Source: a virus | DNA length: 64,000 bases | Virus record (IMG/VR): IMGVR_UViG_3300025431_000004 | Location: 7,430 to 71,429 of that record | Direction: 5' to 3' (one strand) | Part shown: positions 18,167 to 27,731 of the stretch, piece after piece | How the letters are laid out: each line of letters begins with the position of its first letter | Position numbering within the stretch: the first letter of the stretch is position 1 | The notes under the pieces: generated by a model | The model's input: the letters and a program-made list of their open reading frames with translations, nothing else | What the model was told of the DNA's origin: nothing | The model's database searches: none | Position numbers and translations under genes: made by a program

Positions 18167-18716
18167 CGGCGACATTATAGTGTTTGACACAGAAACCACC
18201 GGGCTTGTAAAACCTGAACCAACTGATGTTGTTCATCAACCATTTATGACAGAGATTTATGCCATTAGATTGGATAAAGATTTTAGAAAGATTGGTGAAT
18301 TTGAATCGTTTGTCAAGTGTCCTATTCCAGTACCACCTGAGATAACAAAAATAACTGGAATCAATGATGATATGTTGAAGAATGCTCCTGCATTTATTGA
18401 AATATATGATGACTTATATGACCTATTTGATGGCTGTAGAAACGTAGCAGGACATAACATCAAATTTGATTTGAATATATTGAACTTCGAGTTATTTAGA
18501 TGTGATCTTGAACGTAAATTCAATTGGCCCAAGAATCACATTTGCACTGTTCAATCAAGTTTCTCGATATTCAACAAGCGATTAACGCTTGGTAAACTTT
18601 ACGAACATTTATTCAACCAAACATTTCCAAATGCTCATAGAGCTAGGAATGATGTTATGGCTAATGTGGCTTGCCTATATGAACTGAGAAAAAGGGGTCT
18701 TATTGAATATGTATAA
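18159..18716 (+). CDS. dnaQ: DEDDh 3'-5' exonuclease (Pol III epsilon-like)
   Basis: FDTETTG, GHNIKFD, AHRARND. Confidence 0.88.
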   Translation: MINGDIIVFDTETTGLVKPEPTDVVHQPFMTEIYAIRLDKDFRKIGEFESFVKCPIPVPPEITKITGINDDMLKNAPAFIEIYDDLYDLFDGCRNVAGHNIKFDLNILNFELFRCDLERKFNWPKNHICTVQSSFSIFNKRLTLGKLYEHLFNQTFPNAHRARNDVMANVACLYELRKRGLIEYV

Positions 18717-21540
18717 TCTGACTCTAAAATCAGAATATTCATTTGGTGAATCCTTCGCTTTTTTGAAAAGACTACACGATGAATATTCATATAAGGGCGT
18801 TATCGGGGTTTCAGACTTCAACACATTTGCGGTTCATAAGCTTAAAAAGATGTGTGATAAATCTGGAACCAAGCCTATATTTGGCTATAGAGTTAATGTT
18901 GTAAAACATGCAACTGAAAAGGTTAAACCAAGAGGTCAATTCGGCAAAGAATACATAATAATTGCTCGTAATATTGATGGTCTTAAAGAGATTTTCAAAT
19001 TGACTAAAATCAATACTGAAAACTTCTATTACCGCCCTAATATTTCATGCCATGACATTGAAAATTTGACTAATGATGTGATCGTTATTTCACAAGACCC
19101 GATCACTCAGAGAGTAGATTTTCTTGGTATAGGATTTAAGACACCAAATCATGCAATGGAATTACCTTTACCAAGAGTTTTTGTTAATGAAAATTTTTAC
19201 TGCACAAAAGATGATAAGAAAATATACAATCTGATGACCGGTGGTAAGGGTGACGATTCAGTTTCCCCGCAGCATATATTGACTCGTGCTGAAGCTCGCC
19301 ATTATTTTGGTCAAGAGTGCATCTCAAACCTAACCCACATTGTGAATTCTGTTGAGAATTTTAAGCTGACAAAAGCACCAAATATAAAAGCTGGAGCGAA
19401 GATTGATGTGAGACAAGTCTGTTACCAGAATGCCAAATACAAGGTTGGATCTGATTGGACTCAAGAGTACATGGATAGGCTGAATCGAGAACTTGAGCTT
19501 CTAGAACATAAAGGTTTTCTCGATTATATTGTTGTGGTTTATGACTTGATAAAGCAAGCCAAGGAATTTTGTTTGGTTGGTGCTGGTCGTGGTAGCTCCG
19601 CTGGATCATTGGTCTGTTATCTGTTGGATATAACTACGGTTGACCCCATAAAGTTTGGCCTTATTTTCGAGCGTTTTGTTGATATTAATCGTGATGACGA
19701 ACCTGATATTGATACTGATTTTCCAGATAATAAACGGGATAAAGTAATCAACATATTGAAGAAACAATATGGTCAGGATAGCGTGAAGAGTATATCAAAC
19801 ATTTCCAGATGGGCTGCCAAAGTCACTTTGAATGAATTTGCCAAAACTATGATGGTTCCATCCTTTGAAACCGATCAAGTAAAAGACTCTCTGGTTCGTA
19901 GATTGGCAGGCGATACTCGACCGGCGATTGAGGAAACCAAAAATACCACCGAAGTCGGTAAAGAATATTTTGAAACGTATCCCCAGATGATGAATGCACA
20001 ATTATTGGAGACTCATTCTAAAAACAAAGGGAAACACGCTGCTGGTGTGATTGTGTGCAACAGCGAGATTACCAATTACTGCGGTATTGATATTCGAGAC
20101 GAAACAGTTTATTTGGATAAGAATGATTGTTCTGACCTGAACTTGCTTAAAATAGATGTGTTGGGGCTGCGTACTTTGGCTGTTCTGGAGGATTGCGCCA
20201 AGTTGATAGGTATGAACTACCTCGATTACTATAAACTCCCTCTCAACGATCCTAAGACGTTTACCATATTTGAACAGAATCGTTTGACTGGCATTTTCCA
20301 ATTTGAAGGTGATGCCATGAAGCAGATTAATAAAGAATTTCCAATGGAGAGCTTTAACGACATTTGCGTTACTGGTGCCTTGGGTAGGCCGGGTGCATTA
20401 TCTTCAGGTGGCACCGCGAGATATTTGAAGCTTAGAAGCGGTGAGCGTCAGCCTGTTTACCACAACGAAATACACCAGCGTATTACTGAAGAAACACTTG
20501 GTATTATTGTTTATCAAGAACAAACCATGTTTGTGGCAAAAGAACTCGCTAATATGAGCTGGGAGCAAGTTTCCTTGTTGAGAAAATCGTCATCAAAATC
20601 AAAAGGTGATGATTATTTCAGAAAAACATTCATGGATGATTTTGTGAATGGTTGTATGACTAATCCAAATGTTGAAATCAGCGAAGAAGTCGCCAATCAA
20701 CTATGGTCTGATATTTCTAGTTCTGGTTCTTATAGCTTCAATAAGTCACATTCTGTCAGTTACGCCTTTGTTTCGTATTGGACTGCGTTCATGAAGGCTC
20801 ACTATGGCCTACAATTTATCGCATCTGTGTTAAACAATTCAAAATCAGATGATGCGGGTTTGAAAATATTGCGTGAGTACCATGAAAAAGAAGATTTGGT
20901 ATATAAGCCTGTTGATCCAGATAATTCAGGTCTTTATTGGTCTGTTGTTAACGGTGAATTAATTGGCGGTCTTACCAATATGAAAGGGGTTGGTCTAGTG
21001 AAAGCTAGAACAATTATAAAAATAAGAAATGGTAAGGCTAAAATGACACCATCAATTATGAAAATGATGGTTTCACCGGTTACCCCATTTGATTTTCTAT
21101 ACCCGACACAACATTACTGGGGAAAATTATTTGATAAACCATCTGAATATGGGTTATCTGAATCACCTACTGCAATCTCTGAAATCACAGAAGGTGAGTT
21201 TTATGCCATTGGTAAACTGATTCACATGGACGATTCTGATATGAATGAACTTTCCAGAGTCAAAACTAGGGGTTACGAGATTGATGGCCAAAGTAGGCGT
21301 GTCAGCTTCAGAATAGAGGATGATACAGACAATCTTGTGTGTATCATAAGCAACAAGTATTATAACTCGCAAGCATCATCGGTTAATACCGCTAAGGTGA
21401 ATTCTGATTGGTTGTGCGTAAAGGGATTTGTTAAAGAAGGGCTGCCAATACTTTTTGTAACTGAAGTAGCAAATCTTTCACGACAATTAAAATATGATTC
21501 TGATGAATATCAGGAAAAGCTTAGAAGGGAGACTGAGTAA
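18703..21540 (+). CDS. dnaE: DNA polymerase III alpha subunit (family C)
   Basis: GRGSSAGSLV, FERF, PDIDTDF, HAAGV, KIDVLGL, YQEQ, FNKSHSVSY. Confidence 0.95.
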   Translation: MNMYNLTLKSEYSFGESFAFLKRLHDEYSYKGVIGVSDFNTFAVHKLKKMCDKSGTKPIFGYRVNVVKHATEKVKPRGQFGKEYIIIARNIDGLKEIFKLTKINTENFYYRPNISCHDIENLTNDVIVISQDPITQRVDFLGIGFKTPNHAMELPLPRVFVNENFYCTKDDKKIYNLMTGGKGDDSVSPQHILTRAEARHYFGQECISNLTHIVNSVENFKLTKAPNIKAGAKIDVRQVCYQNAKYKVGSDWTQEYMDRLNRELELLEHKGFLDYIVVVYDLIKQAKEFCLVGAGRGSSAGSLVCYLLDITTVDPIKFGLIFERFVDINRDDEPDIDTDFPDNKRDKVINILKKQYGQDSVKSISNISRWAAKVTLNEFAKTMMVPSFETDQVKDSLVRRLAGDTRPAIEETKNTTEVGKEYFETYPQMMNAQLLETHSKNKGKHAAGVIVCNSEITNYCGIDIRDETVYLDKNDCSDLNLLKIDVLGLRTLAVLEDCAKLIGMNYLDYYKLPLNDPKTFTIFEQNRLTGIFQFEGDAMKQINKEFPMESFNDICVTGALGRPGALSSGGTARYLKLRSGERQPVYHNEIHQRITEETLGIIVYQEQTMFVAKELANMSWEQVSLLRKSSSKSKGDDYFRKTFMDDFVNGCMTNPNVEISEEVANQLWSDISSSGSYSFNKSHSVSYAFVSYWTAFMKAHYGLQFIASVLNNSKSDDAGLKILREYHEKEDLVYKPVDPDNSGLYWSVVNGELIGGLTNMKGVGLVKARTIIKIRNGKAKMTPSIMKMMVSPVTPFDFLYPTQHYWGKLFDKPSEYGLSESPTAISEITEGEFYAIGKLIHMDDSDMNELSRVKTRGYEIDGQSRRVSFRIEDDTDNLVCIISNKYYNSQASSVNTAKVNSDWLCVKGFVKEGLPILFVTEVANLSRQLKYDSDEYQEKLRRETE

Positions 21541-21755
21541 TGGATATTATGATCAAAATAACCATTTTTGTATTTGTTTGTGTTCTTTTGATTCACACTT
21601 TTTACGGTATATATAATAACGAATCACCACATCAAAAAGGTTATGAAGATGGGTTTAACGGATCACCGTTTAACGATTCACAGTTTGACGACATTGAAGA
21701 TAGCGTGGACTACCTGCAAGGTTATAGAGAGGGTTCAAGGGATTTGATCAACTAA
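21540..21755 (+). CDS. small membrane protein
   Basis: N-terminal TM helix; GYEDG/GYREG repeats. Confidence 0.55.
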   Translation: MDIMIKITIFVFVCVLLIHTFYGIYNNESPHQKGYEDGFNGSPFNDSQFDDIEDSVDYLQGYREGSRDLIN

Positions 21756-22207
21756 CCTACCCATTTATTTGCTGGTCCAACGTATGATGAATTTGATAAT
21801 ATTTTTATCAAATCATTTGCATCTGTTCTATCTCTAGATTTTTCCACATGACTCGTGTAAACAAGTAGGTTATGAACCCATTCATAGCAGTAAAAACTCT
21901 TTTTATCTTGAGCATTAAAGAACCATCCAAAAACACCTTTATAATCATATTTCATACCAATTGTTTCTCTGATATATTTATCAACATCATCATCTATGCA
22001 ATCAACATAGAACATCATTATCTCTCGTTTACCAAAAGCATCAGAAAGCAATCCTTGTTTTGACACCCCACATTTCTTAACAGAGCTATCATAAACAACG
22101 CCTTCGGAAGTCATTATTGCTGCATGAGAGTACATTGAACCTGTAATAATTCTTATCAACCATCCAAATACGCTAAAACATTTCTGCCTAACCAGTATCA
22201 CTTGCAT
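21752..22207 (-). CDS. permuted papain-like NlpC/P60 (YiiX/YaeF-type) enzyme
   Basis: YSHAAI, YDY, FYCYEWV (His before Cys). Confidence 0.78.
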   Translation of the reverse strand: MQVILVRQKCFSVFGWLIRIITGSMYSHAAIMTSEGVVYDSSVKKCGVSKQGLLSDAFGKREIMMFYVDCIDDDVDKYIRETIGMKYDYKGVFGWFFNAQDKKSFYCYEWVHNLLVYTSHVEKSRDRTDANDLIKILSNSSYVGPANKWVG

Positions 22208-22219
22208 AGCCAGTTCTCC

Positions 22220-22831
22220 TTACCTAGTTTCTAATAGTTCCAATGTACAGAACCTAAATGATGCCGAAATAGCATCCCCCAACATACCCTCAAACCGATA
22301 TGTTGCCTGTTCCTCTATGGTGATGGCTCCAGTAAACATTTCAAACGTGTGCCATGCCCCACTCTCATCACCAGCAGTATCAATGGGGGTGGTCAATACT
22401 GTTTGCGTACCATCCGCCTCAACTTGTACAACATGAGCTTGTAATCCAGCGCCTACAACCTTCATCTCACCGGAAACTCTGGCAAACGATTTCGACAAGT
22501 CTTTTACAAAAAATGCGGGTCTACTAACGATACCGCCGATTATTTGAAGCTCTGTCTTTTGATTTATAACGATTTCGTCATGCACCAATTTTGCCGATGA
22601 TAAAAACTTAACGTAGGGGATCGCCATTCCGCCATGTGCAGCCAAAACCCCGGTTAGGGTTAAGACTTGCTCTGCGGTGAGGGTTTCAAGAAAGATTATG
22701 TCTGCCATTGCCATAGACATATCGACAGATGCTTCAAGGTTTAAAACTGCTTCTATCTCAAGTCCTAACCGTTGTGGGCAAATCATACCGTTAAGGGTTG
22801 ATACGGCCATATTGTAACTGTGAACACTCAT
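22220..22831 (-). CDS. fibre-module accessory protein
   Basis: Likely start MSVHSY at 22831 overlapping upstream TAA. Confidence 0.6.
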   Translation of the reverse strand: MSVHSYNMAVSTLNGMICPQRLGLEIEAVLNLEASVDMSMAMADIIFLETLTAEQVLTLTGVLAAHGGMAIPYVKFLSSAKLVHDEIVINQKTELQIIGGIVSRPAFFVKDLSKSFARVSGEMKVVGAGLQAHVVQVEADGTQTVLTTPIDTAGDESGAWHTFEMFTGAITIEEQATYRFEGMLGDAISASFRFCTLELLETR

Positions 22832-23904
22832 TACGAAATCCTCATGATAGAAATCGAAGCATCCCACATGCTCGCCTCTTTGTTTTTCTTCTCAGTTTTA
22901 AATCTCAAATCAAGGTTGTGTTGCCCCGACCAGTTATCCATAAAAAACACTCTCTGGGTGTAGTGCTTCTGCGAGGTTCCAGTAGTTAAAAAGCGACCGC
23001 ATGATTCTTTCGGCTCTTGTTCATGCGCTTGCCCTTCCATCACACCGTCAATGTTGAGGAACGAGATAAAGTCAGAACTGGTAGAGTTTGCGTTCCAGCC
23101 GTATGCAACTTCAATTTTATAGTTTCCGAGGGGTAAAACCCCGGTATCAAGGAATAGTTTAGAAGTTCCCGAACCGTGATAAATGGTGGTGGTTTTAACA
23201 CTTGGGCTGACAACTTTCTGGTATTCGCTACCGAATATTGACTGTGCGCCGGGATTGTCATCCGAAACCCACCCAGAACCGTCATGTATCCAATTGGAAC
23301 CATCATCTAGTACTTTGGCCTCGTCACCTTCTTTAGAGGTCAGTGCATCACGTTCTGCGAAGTCTTGTACGACTTTAAAGCTCGGCAATAGGGAAGCCGG
23401 AATAAACTCAGGCAATATTTTACCGTTGGCATCAAGAAACGGTAAACCGTTAGGAACACCTTTCTCGCTGGTTGGGATAGCGCCGGTTTGTGCTGCGGTA
23501 ACTTGATGACCGTTTGCTTGGTTGTTTAAATGCTGTAAGAAGTCGAATACCGTTGGCGAACCGATTTCAGCAGGGGAGGCACCGTGAATGTTACCTGTTG
23601 ACTGGTTATGCGCCATCATTACAGCCATACCTTCAGCGATCATGGCCTGTATTTGTACGATGTCTACAGTGGTGGCCGCACCAATATCGGCGGTTGTTAA
23701 GTCGTGAACATTACCTTTTGCATCGGGGTGATCATCAACTTCAGTTTTAACCGCCGATTTCGGAGCCGGATGAACCTCGTTATATTCGGCTTCGATATAG
23801 TAGTGATCCGGGAATTCAGCAATGTGTGCCTGTAAGTTCTCAGGTTCTATGACTTCCTGATGCTGTACGCACATCTTACCTAGTTTTAAAAGTACGTTAG
23901 GCAT
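22831..23904 (-). CDS. tail/head fibre-like protein
   Basis: GNVH/GNIH/NGHQVT shaft repeats, GLPFLDANGKI motif; paralogous to 23897..24874. Confidence 0.7.
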   Translation of the reverse strand: MPNVLLKLGKMCVQHQEVIEPENLQAHIAEFPDHYYIEAEYNEVHPAPKSAVKTEVDDHPDAKGNVHDLTTADIGAATTVDIVQIQAMIAEGMAVMMAHNQSTGNIHGASPAEIGSPTVFDFLQHLNNQANGHQVTAAQTGAIPTSEKGVPNGLPFLDANGKILPEFIPASLLPSFKVVQDFAERDALTSKEGDEAKVLDDGSNWIHDGSGWVSDDNPGAQSIFGSEYQKVVSPSVKTTTIYHGSGTSKLFLDTGVLPLGNYKIEVAYGWNANSTSSDFISFLNIDGVMEGQAHEQEPKESCGRFLTTGTSQKHYTQRVFFMDNWSGQHNLDLRFKTEKKNKEASMWDASISIMRIS

Positions 23905-24874
23905 TATCTATCTTCTCCAAATTCAAGTTTGCATCGGTTAGGAAACAATTCCCAGTTGTTCCCACCCTAATAGCAGTTAGCTCAACATAGTCTCCCGCAG
24001 CTAACGAAACAATTACACTAGATGAACCAGACAGCTCTTTATGACTGCCATTTCTGGCATACCCACTTGACACTGACCCAGTAATAAAAACGGTTCCGTT
24101 TTTTCGCAAGCGAAACCTGACATTTTTACGGGAGTTTGTGTTGTTTTCTGCGTTTACTGAATACGCGATACGGTAGTCTCCGTCCTGCAAAACTTGTCTA
24201 CGGGATGCTGTTAGGTCAAATATTCCAGCCGTTGACGGGCTAGAGTTGTTAAAATTAATAGCGATGGCGGGGGTCTGATTAACATTGACGCTGGTAGTCG
24301 TTACTGACTGAGAGTAAACCGGAGATACACTACCGTTGGGGCGCGGTTGCCAAACGTTATTCTCATCCATGATCCAATGGGAACCATCATCCAATTGTAT
24401 CGCTTCATCACCCTCTTGAACGACAAGAGCAATGCGGGCGGTGGCATCTGCAACTACTTTTACGCTCGGAATCCCAATTGCAGGTATCTGCGACACTAGA
24501 ATCTTCATATTGCCGTCAAGTTGTGGGATACCGTTTGCGGCACCAATCAACGCCGTGGATACTGCGTTGATCAATGTAGTAGTAATATTGTGCGGGTTTA
24601 TTGCCGCAAAATGATCAGTTACCAACTGTGCAAGCTGGTTAAACGCCGTTAAGTCAGGGCTGCCAATTTGTGCCGGAGTAGTATTGTGTACGTTTCCAGT
24701 AGCACTGGTGTGGTTAGACAAATCCTGATTGCTGGGAACATCAAGATTTACCCTTGCGGTTGCCGCATCGGGTGCGCCAGTGCCGCCATCGGTAACGGCA
24801 ATGGTGTCCGCATTATCAAATTCGTCAATATTGAGCTGGTCATCACTCAATCGCAAAGGTATTTTATCTGCCAT
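23897..24874 (-). CDS. fibre-like protein with C1q/TNF-like C-terminal head
   Basis: GGTGAPDAATARVNL, NPHNIT repeats; GDYRIAYSV...SVIVSLAAGDYVEL. Confidence 0.72.
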   Translation of the reverse strand: MADKIPLRLSDDQLNIDEFDNADTIAVTDGGTGAPDAATARVNLDVPSNQDLSNHTSATGNVHNTTPAQIGSPDLTAFNQLAQLVTDHFAAINPHNITTTLINAVSTALIGAANGIPQLDGNMKILVSQIPAIGIPSVKVVADATARIALVVQEGDEAIQLDDGSHWIMDENNVWQPRPNGSVSPVYSQSVTTTSVNVNQTPAIAINFNNSSPSTAGIFDLTASRRQVLQDGDYRIAYSVNAENNTNSRKNVRFRLRKNGTVFITGSVSSGYARNGSHKELSGSSSVIVSLAAGDYVELTAIRVGTTGNCFLTDANLNLEKIDNA

Positions 24875-25197
24875 TAGCTACAATCCAAAGGTATATTTAT
24901 TTGTGAACCGCCACGCAAAGTGACCGGTAATCCTGCCTGATTGGTAGACAAACAAACAGCATTTCCGTCACGTTTATTTACTCTTAGCTTTCCTAAAACG
25001 CCACCGACTGAAGGAATATCTTCAACCCATGCCGTATTTGTTAGTTTGTACTTCAAACCGTTTGTTCTGAAGTACTGGGATCCCTCCGGCATATTAGCCG
25101 GGGCATCTTGATCTGGATGGCCAACACCAGCAGCCAAACCTAAGATGTTATTTAGGCTGAATGCGGGTGCTTCCATTGCATCTGAAAAATCAGACAT
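24874..25197 (-). CDS. small fibre-module protein
   Basis: GVGHP...GSQYFRTNG...W motif shared with 25197..26678 N-terminus. Confidence 0.6.
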   Translation of the reverse strand: MSDFSDAMEAPAFSLNNILGLAAGVGHPDQDAPANMPEGSQYFRTNGLKYKLTNTAWVEDIPSVGGVLGKLRVNKRDGNAVCLSTNQAGLPVTLRGGSQINIPLDCS

Positions 25198-26678
25198 TAC
25201 GCGATGTGGATGTTACGACGAGTAGAAGTAAACTGCGCGGTTGAGTTCGCAGATACAGACAACTCTAGGTTACTTCCATTGACAACAACGTCTACTTTTA
25301 GTCCCGGAATGTTACCGACACGAACTTTAGCAAACGGGGTGATGTCACGCTGAGTGGTATTAACAATCGCGTAGATCGCTTGGCCTTCAACTGCGATACC
25401 CTGAACAGCGTCAACTTCCCACTTAATGTAGGTAATTGATGCGCCTAAAGCGACAGTATCAAGTACGACAGGCGTAGAACCGGCTGCAACTGTTGCGACG
25501 ATTTTCTGAGAACCAACTGCTGCATCTAACGCTTCAAAGTTAGCCGCATTAGTATTGCCGTTAGCAACGATATTGGTGCCGCCGCCGATGGTTCCCTGTT
25601 TGGTGTCTAACTTACCGACAGCAACAGTAAGGTCATCGTTATCAGTAACAACATGGTTTGATGCGTATGTAGGCAAAGTTGCGCCTGCACCTGCTTTACC
25701 CATATACAAACGGCTGTTAGAAATCTCCGTTGCGTTCGTACCGATATTGGTCGCGTTCGTACCGATATTGGTAGCGTTCGTGCCGATAGCAGTAGCGTTA
25801 GTGCTTACCTGCGTATCCAACAACTTGCTCTCGTTCTGCAAATCCGTGGCAGCAGTTAAGAAAGTAGTCGTGTTGTCTGCAGTGAACGAACCGTCTGTTC
25901 CTAAACCGGCACCCGCTTGAGTGTCATTCAGTTCAGTTTGAAGGTTAGTGACACTACCTTGCAATGCAGCAATAGCAGCACTGTTGATGTCAACAGCTTG
26001 GCCTAATTTGCCAACACCTAACTCTAGGCTATCGCCGTCTGGAACGATGGTGTTGGTTAAGTAGTCAGGCATTTCAGAACCAACGCCGTCTTTACCGCAG
26101 AATGTACGGATAAAACCAGACTCAATATTTCCATCTGCGTTGATTTGGCTCCAGCCGTTTGTTGTGTCGTAAACGAACTGCCTCTCAGCAAATGAACCTT
26201 CAGTGATTAAAATTGCATCACCTTCAGCTAATGCTTTAGGATCTTCTGAAAACGAGAATGTACCGGCGGTATCAACAACCAAAAATACGTTTGGATTTGT
26301 CGTTAAACCTGCAAGCAGGACTCGATCACCGTCAGCTAACTGAACCGTATCGAGAATACCGCTGGCACCATCAATAGCGGCGTTAGCAGCAGCAACGTTT
26401 TCATAAACAGCTTCGTCGATGATTACCGCCGGTGGTCGCCAAGGATTGCTGGTGTTGATGGCATCAATTTGGTCTTGGTCAGCAAGCTTGACCCATTTAT
26501 CTTCACCTGAACCTGCAGTCTTTTTACGATATTCTAGACCAGTTGCAGTATCAGTCCATTTAGAACCGATAGGTGCATGAATCGAGTCTTGTCCGGTTCC
26601 GGGTAGACCGGCGCCTTGTAACTGGTGATATGCGTCTTCAAGGGAGAAGCCAACGCCTACTTCAAATAAATCACTCAT
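25197..26678 (-). CDS. coiled-coil tail fibre-like protein
   Basis: DGDRVLL motif, TNATNIG heptad repeats, Ala/Gly/Thr rich. Confidence 0.72.
   Translation of the reverse strand: MSDLFEVGVGFSLEDAYHQLQGAGLPGTGQDSIHAPIGSKWTDTATGLEYRKKTAGSGEDKWVKLADQDQIDAINTSNPWRPPAVIIDEAVYENVAAANAAIDGASGILDTVQLADGDRVLLAGLTTNPNVFLVVDTAGTFSFSEDPKALAEGDAILITEGSFAERQFVYDTTNGWSQINADGNIESGFIRTFCGKDGVGSEMPDYLTNTIVPDGDSLELGVGKLGQAVDINSAAIAALQGSVTNLQTELNDTQAGAGLGTDGSFTADNTTTFLTAATDLQNESKLLDTQVSTNATAIGTNATNIGTNATNIGTNATEISNSRLYMGKAGAGATLPTYASNHVVTDNDDLTVAVGKLDTKQGTIGGGTNIVANGNTNAANFEALDAAVGSQKIVATVAAGSTPVVLDTVALGASITYIKWEVDAVQGIAVEGQAIYAIVNTTQRDITPFAKVRVGNIPGLKVDVVVNGSNLELSVSANSTAQFTSTRRNIHIA
25729..25803 (-). repeat. 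21-bp coding tandem repeat (about 3.5 copies, TNATNIG)
   Basis: gcgttcgtaccgatattggt units seen on + strand. Confidence 0.8.
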
Positions 26679-26681
26679 TTT

Positions 26682-27146
26682 TTAGAATTCCTCAGTAGCT
26701 ATTTGTAATATCTTTAATTGTAAAAAATTAGCACTGGTGCTAATTATGTGTAGTTCAAGCTCGGTTCCATTCAAAACTACTGAAGTCGAAACCTTTGCTT
26801 TCAAACTATCGTTTCCGTGAACGGCAAATTTTCCAGAAGAGGTTGAACTACCGTTACCGTGGCCGCCGTCAATATGGAAGAACATAACTTCACCGGTCAC
26901 GGTTTCAATTAATGTAACTTTCCAAAAGCAGCTCCTAAATATGAGTGTGGATAAAGTATCGACAACCGTATCGGAGTTAGGCGATACGGAACCAGTAACG
27001 ACGATTATACCTTGGGCGTCCTGCCCCGGATCACCGGCGTCACCTTTGTCACCTTTTATTCCAATTTCAACGATAGCTGTAACATTGTCGTCGACACCAA
27101 TGATAGTGGACTCTTTACAGCTAACAGTTACGACTTTTTCAACCAT
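26682..27146 (-). CDS. fibre connector with short collagen-like stretch
   Basis: GIKGDKGDAGDPGQD; C-domain resembles C-terminus of 25197..26678. Confidence 0.6.
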   Translation of the reverse strand: MVEKVVTVSCKESTIIGVDDNVTAIVEIGIKGDKGDAGDPGQDAQGIIVVTGSVSPNSDTVVDTLSTLIFRSCFWKVTLIETVTGEVMFFHIDGGHGNGSSTSSGKFAVHGNDSLKAKVSTSVVLNGTELELHIISTSANFLQLKILQIATEEF

Positions 27147-27171
27147 GATATTCCATCAGATTTGAAAATTA

Positions 27172-27729
27172 TCACCAAACAATCAAGTTTAACTGATCTT
27201 GATCTTCTGCGGCACCAATATCTACCATAAGTCTCTGTTTTTTGTCGTAAATTACGAGAAAACAATCTGCAATTGACTGAACTATAATCCTTGCTTCTGA
27301 TATTAAGAAATTTTGTTTAACATTATTAATATCCCATAGGTCTACAGTGACTTCTCCTTTCTGATCAGCCAACCTAACCGCAGAATATAGCGCCATTGAG
27401 CTTTCATGCCCACCGTTCCATGTGTATGTGGTTACTACATCAACATCGGGATCACCTTCGATTGATGCAGGTTCAGTTCCTGTAACAAAATCAGTCTGAA
27501 CTGGGGTATATTTCTCCCGGTCGTATTCTGCTTTTATCTGGACTTCTTTGGTCTGCTTATTTGCTTCAAAAGATGGCGGATCAATGGCGGGTTTGACAAA
27601 AACAGTGATCCCGTCTGCCAACATTAGGTCTTTTTCGGATTGTGAAAACAGTTTAGTGTTTCCATAAGTGGTACCGGAAACCCCAACCAAGCCTTTGGTC
27701 GCTGTTTTCCCTGAACTGTCTTGATACAT
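27172..27729 (-). CDS. DUF4376-like tail fibre assembly protein
   Basis: WDINN...KKQRLMVDIGAAEDQDQLNLIVW ending; follows large lectin-like protein. Confidence 0.65.
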   Translation of the reverse strand: MYQDSSGKTATKGLVGVSGTTYGNTKLFSQSEKDLMLADGITVFVKPAIDPPSFEANKQTKEVQIKAEYDREKYTPVQTDFVTGTEPASIEGDPDVDVVTTYTWNGGHESSMALYSAVRLADQKGEVTVDLWDINNVKQNFLISEARIIVQSIADCFLVIYDKKQRLMVDIGAAEDQDQLNLIVW

Positions 27730-27731
27730 TT

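Noticed and set aside
25729-25803. CRISPR-like repeats
   Set aside because: No spacers; in-frame 21-bp heptad repeat of a coiled-coil fibre
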